From: Phoronis australis | Lineage: Eukaryota; Animalia; Phoronida | Assembly: GCA_002633005.1 (NCBI GenBank) | Contig: NMRA01000207.1 | Location: 578,828-642,827, forward strand | Direction of reading: 5' to 3' | DNA length: 64,000 nucleotides | Shown: one piece after another, positions 59,513 to 64,000 of the stretch | Layout: every line of letters starts with the position of its first letter | How positions within the stretch are numbered: the stretch's first letter is position 1 | Program-made: the position numbers and the translations under genes | The notes under the pieces: model-generated | Database searches by the model: none | What the model was told of the DNA's origin: nothing | Seen by the model: the letters and a program-made list of their open reading frames with translations, nothing else

Positions 59513-62500
59513 CATGACAGCGTTTTCCCGTTCAGTGACTTTACCAGACGTAGGGGGTTCTGACCGTGTGATAACATCTAGCTTCTTTGTTAACTGCACA
59601 CTCTTTTGTCTGTTACGACATCAAGCAGGCCAATTATCTGCCAGGCGTATTACAGATCACGTGTGAACACAGTCAAACTCATAGTGGTTTGTTGAAACCT
59701 TGTTTTGTTTAAATTTATTGAGTTTTGTGTTTGATAAGGACTGCTGAAGTGAAGCACCCGTGGAATTTCTGGTCAGGAGTGTCATAATTTGTAGTATTGT
59801 GTGCAGTGTATTGGGACAATCAGAAGCCGAGGATGCCTGTGGTCATAGCACCTGAATTTCAATGGCTTCCGTGAGATTTCTGCTCTGTAACGTATGCGAA
59901 ATTTGGCGTTGAAATTTTAGAATGTGAAAGCTTGAATCGAAACAATTTTAGCATAGGAGTAAAGAGTGAACAATTACGAATCGATTGAGGTATATATATA
60001 TCATCCGTATGTGATCATTTGTATAGACCCTATTCACGCGGCGGCCATAAAGATCCAAAGCGAGGCTCACTGCGATAAACAAAGCGAAAGTAGACATTGC
60101 GTGAGTTAAATAGCCGGTCTTTCGAGTCCAACCTGGATATTAAATTTTAATGATGTGTCGAGAATTAACCACAGAGACGTAGAAAATTACATTAGAGAAC
60201 AAGTTAAGGTGTCTGACGAAAGGGTTTAATTTTTTTGGAAAGCTAGGTTCGAAACATGAAAAGTAAATATGACCAAATTGCGGTGATCGTAGTGTTACGG
60301 ATTAGATATTATGCTGAATGCATGGTTACGTTTTTTTCTTGTAAATTGTTGATCAAAATACTTTCTACGCAGACCAGGTCATCTGCTCGTATTGTTGACG
60401 AGTTGAAAACATACTCGACAGTGGTGTCTGTCATGTGCAATTAGTCACATCTGGTTTAATTTGTTGATCAAGAATATTAACATCAAGCATAGCCTGATTC
60501 TATGCACTCACTGGGACTAACAGTTGATTTGTTATTGGTCTGAAAGAATAATTAATGTTATTAAATATATTTTTATTAAAATGAAAACCAGGCTCGTAAT
60601 TGAAAATAAAAATTATTTGACCATCAATGCTTTCTTGGTTGTAATAATTCTTACGTCTATTTCATGTGTTAGATTTCAAATATCAATCTGGACCACGTTG
60701 AATTTTAAAATTAAAACACCTAATTCGTTCGTTCAAAACATAACATCGTTTTAGAACTCAATTTCAGGTAACTGGACAATGCAATCATAGTTATCATGTT
60801 TCTGCAGAAGCCTCTTTCATCCGAGGGGAACGGTGCCAGTGCCTACTGAGAGGTGATTTTTTCGCCGAGTGAGGGCGGGAACAATCTACCTCCTGATCAC
60901 CATCAATAGCACCCCCGCCCTGTTGCAAGCTCTCATAGGCTCTGCCTCAATTTAAAGTAGCCTTTTGTGCTCTTAAAAATTGTCACCTGTGTGGTTACAG
61001 GTGATGTGAACTCAGAGAGATTTTTCACTAGGGGAATTTTTATGCCTCGTGGGGGGAATTTCGCGTGATATTTCAATATGTTTGAGAGGGGAATAGGGCC
61101 GATATTGGGCCCCAAATTTGAGGGATTGAGGTCCCAGTCCTTTTTGGAAAGAAAAATTTAAATGTTTCAACCCGTAGCAGGGGCGGATCCAGGTTTTTCA
61201 GTTAGGGGGGCAGGGCACAGGAATAAGCAGCATTTCGGCAGATGCGCGCGCCCAGCCTAAACTCTGGGGATGCAGGGGTCTTGAATTCTTGGGTTTGCGG
61301 AACGGTAAACGGGGTTCATTCAGCGCCTATGCGTTGTTTATTCACCACCCAAGACCCGCCCTGGTTGCGCACGTGTGCTAGTCAGCAATTCGCACCCGAA
61401 CTCAAAAATGGGATCTGATACACTTTAAGGGGGGGGGCATGCCCCCCCTAAATCCGTAGTCATGAAAACACAGTCTGGCTGGCCCATTCTCCAGTCGTTA
61501 CTATGATGCTTAACAACTGACCGACATGCGACAAAATATGACCTAACTTTTCGAAAACATTTATATATTTTACACGGACACATTTTGCTTCGTCGCAGCA
61601 ACGACCCAACGCTTCCGAATCTCAACGTCTTTAGAGATTGTGAAGCAGACAGTTGCGTGTCCGTATTTTTTCTAGCCGTTCGCGGAACAACACGGTCTGA
61701 AACAAAGAACTATGCCGATAAGCTAACAGAGTTATCGTAGCGAGCCTCGTTTTGGAATGCGCCTCCTGTCGGCGTGAATAGGGTCTATGGGAGATATGAA
61801 GGATTAAATTTATACTTTTACCCCGTTTTCTTACCTTCCCTAAGAACAGACAGCGTGTCAGCAACATTCATCTCTGGAACATTGAGACGAAGGGTGTTCT
61901 TGCCAACAAACCACTATAACTGACAACACTGATGGCTATCTTATCCTTAAACTCAGTCTTCCCTCAGCACAAGATTCTTGTATATCGATATTCCTCGTCA
62001 GAAACGAACCGCCTTCAGAAAGGAACTCGTCCACTCCATGAGTTCAATGTGTAGGCTCATTTGCATAGCCTAACTAACGAGAAAAAATAGAAAACAACTA
62101 TACAGATCAAAGTTAAAACAAGCAGGAACCAAGCCATCCAAGGGGCCTGACCAACTGATAAACAAATTGAAAACACGAAGAAACGAAATTCAAGTAAAAA
62201 TGTAAGTTATTCCTGATCAAACCTTACACAATTCTGGATAAAAAGCCCAACTCAAGAATTATGCACAAGAACTCCTGCACACTTCCACACACTATTTGGG
62301 TCCGAGCAAATTAACAAGATGAGAGAAAACAGAATCTAAAATTATTTCTCTGAAATCACGTGCAGTAAACTGTTTCGGCGTTTGTGTTTGTGAACAGTCG
62401 TTTACAATGAGCAACTGGAGATCAGCACAATTACGTGACTATTTCAGAAATAATTACAGTACACATAACTAAAACAAAGAGTATTGCGTTGCACTGACAT

Positions 62501-63031
62501 TTATTTTGTACATGAAGCAAACTAATCCCTACAGTAACAGAAATTCGGCGAAAATTCAGTCTACTTACCTGTAGCACGCTTCTGATCCACAAACGGGCGG
62601 CCCGTTTGCGGATGACGTCACGAACACACATTTTGCTTACGTCATCCCTAAAACGCGCAGATCAACATAACGCGCAGAACAAATATACATTCGGAAAGAA
62701 TCAGATTGCGTAACTTCGGTTGCAGTTGGGCGACTTTGAGGATTCAAAAACCTAACATGGTCACCATTTGACGAAGATTTCAGAAATTGGTTTATGTTCA
62801 AATATGTTACAACTTAACTTTTATTTTTAACAGCGCAATCCAGTCAGGGTAGATACGATCTTATTAGAGATTAAAACAATTATCAAACAAAAGAGAGCTG
62901 GTCCTCCAACCATAAATGCCAGAGGGGAGTTAATCAGTCCTGTAAGATATTGGCTACAGGGGTAAACTTCGCAACTTGTTGTTGGCCTATAGAATCGAAC
63001 AAGTTGGGAGAAACGGGAAAACGCCGTAATG
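59513..63031 (+). mobile_element. Third copy of the 43144-type element, split by nested insertions (left 59513-59680, right 62686-63031)
   Basis: Left part matches 43144-43318, right part matches 43330-43680. Confidence 0.7.
60025..61786 (+). mobile_element. Copy 2 of the 27177-28614 family, carrying a nested MITE at 61178-61454
   Basis: TIR AGACCCTATTCACGC/GCGTGAATAGGGTCT with AT flanks. The nested insertion is flanked by cgtag/cgtag, and its empty site caacccgtagtcatg is present in copy 1. Confidence 0.85.
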
Positions 63032-63273
63032 CCTCGAGATTCGCACCTCTTCATAGCAACACACGCCTGTCAACGTGACATTTATTTGACTTCTAGTACT
63101 TTTCAGAGACAATAATTCGTTGCCACGTAACAACGTCTTTGATGTTTATCAATTTTCCTGTTTGTGCCCAAAAACGCCTCCGGCACACAATATAGTGAGA
63201 TTTAAGACAAGAATCCTACGATGACAGTTGTCCTAATATTAAGTATCCAACTGCTCCCAGTTGGTTTGGTAAT

Positions 63274-63835
63274 AGACTCTATTCACGCGGCGGACATTAA
63301 AATCCAAAGCGAGGCTCACTGCGATAAACAAAGCGGAAATTTACATTGCTTGAGTTAAATGGCTGGTCTTCAGGAGTCCAACTTGAATATTAAATCTTAA
63401 AAAAATTGTCAATAATTAACCACAGAGACGTAGAAAAATACAGTTAAAGAACAAGTCAATGCACCAAAAAGTTTTCTGAGGAAAGGATATAGGTATTTTT
63501 TCCGGAAAACTAGGTTCGAAACATGAAAAGTAAATATGACCAAATTGTGGCGATCGTAGTCACGGATTAGGTATCATGCTGAATGCAGGGTTACGTTTCT
63601 TCTAATAAATTCTTGATAAAAATGCTTTCTACACGAACCAGGTGATCTGGTCGTATTGTTGATGAGTGGAAGATATGTTTTACAGTGCAATTAGTCTCAT
63701 CTGGTTTAATTTGTTGACCAAGAGTAGGCCTATTACTAGCTTCAAGCATAGCCTAGGTCCTGGTGAGGTAGGCACTATCGGGACTAACAATTGATTTGTC
63801 ATTGAGCTGAAATAATACTTGATGTTATTAAATAT
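63274..63835 (+). mobile_element. Copy 3 (5' part) of the 27177 family, interrupted at 63836 by the 55889-family element
   Basis: AT|AGACTCTATTCACGCGGCGGACATTAAAATCCAAAGCGAGGCTCACTG, collinear with copies 1 and 2. Confidence 0.85.
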
Positions 63836-64000
63836 CATAGGCGGATTTAGGGGGGGCAGCGGCCCGGGACCCCCCCCCCCTTGGCTGCCGCAAAAAATAA
63901 AACAGCAAGAGCGTAGGGAAATGTTGAGTTTATTAAATTGCCCCGGTAAATAAAATTATACGGATGAAAAAAGATTTAAATGTGTGCAGTTTTAGTGTTT

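Overview
Repeat-rich, AT-rich metazoan (probably marine invertebrate; inference) genomic DNA with spliceosomal introns. It is not a prokaryotic locus, and no CRISPR array, rRNA or convincing tRNA is present. Host genes: one single-exon DUF229 (alkaline-phosphatase/sulfatase-like fold) CDS on + (17200-19170), and three tandem paralogous minus-strand genes (A ~20357-24830, B ~38075-45704, C ~49975-53094). Each paralog ends in one large phase-1 exon encoding a transmembrane helix, a low-complexity linker, a helical region and a domain that by eye matches the dynein heavy-chain stalk microtubule-binding domain (MTBD). Each has a different ectodomain built from symmetric phase-1 exons: two Ig-like domains in A, a CCP/sushi domain in B, a kringle in C. 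This apparent family of single-pass receptors with swapped ectodomains and a dynein-MTBD-like tail is the main candidate novel system. The rest is largely transposon debris: an Academ(X) 3' end, a CR1/L2-type LINE 3' end, two Kolobok derivatives (one with THAP and KolX/P2X7-C-terminus-like ORFs), ISL2EU-like elements (THAP, YqaJ), a hAT family with 5-bp TSDs, piggyBac-like and TatD-like remnants, many MITEs and tandem repeats. All domain and TE calls come from motif recognition by eye, with no database searches.
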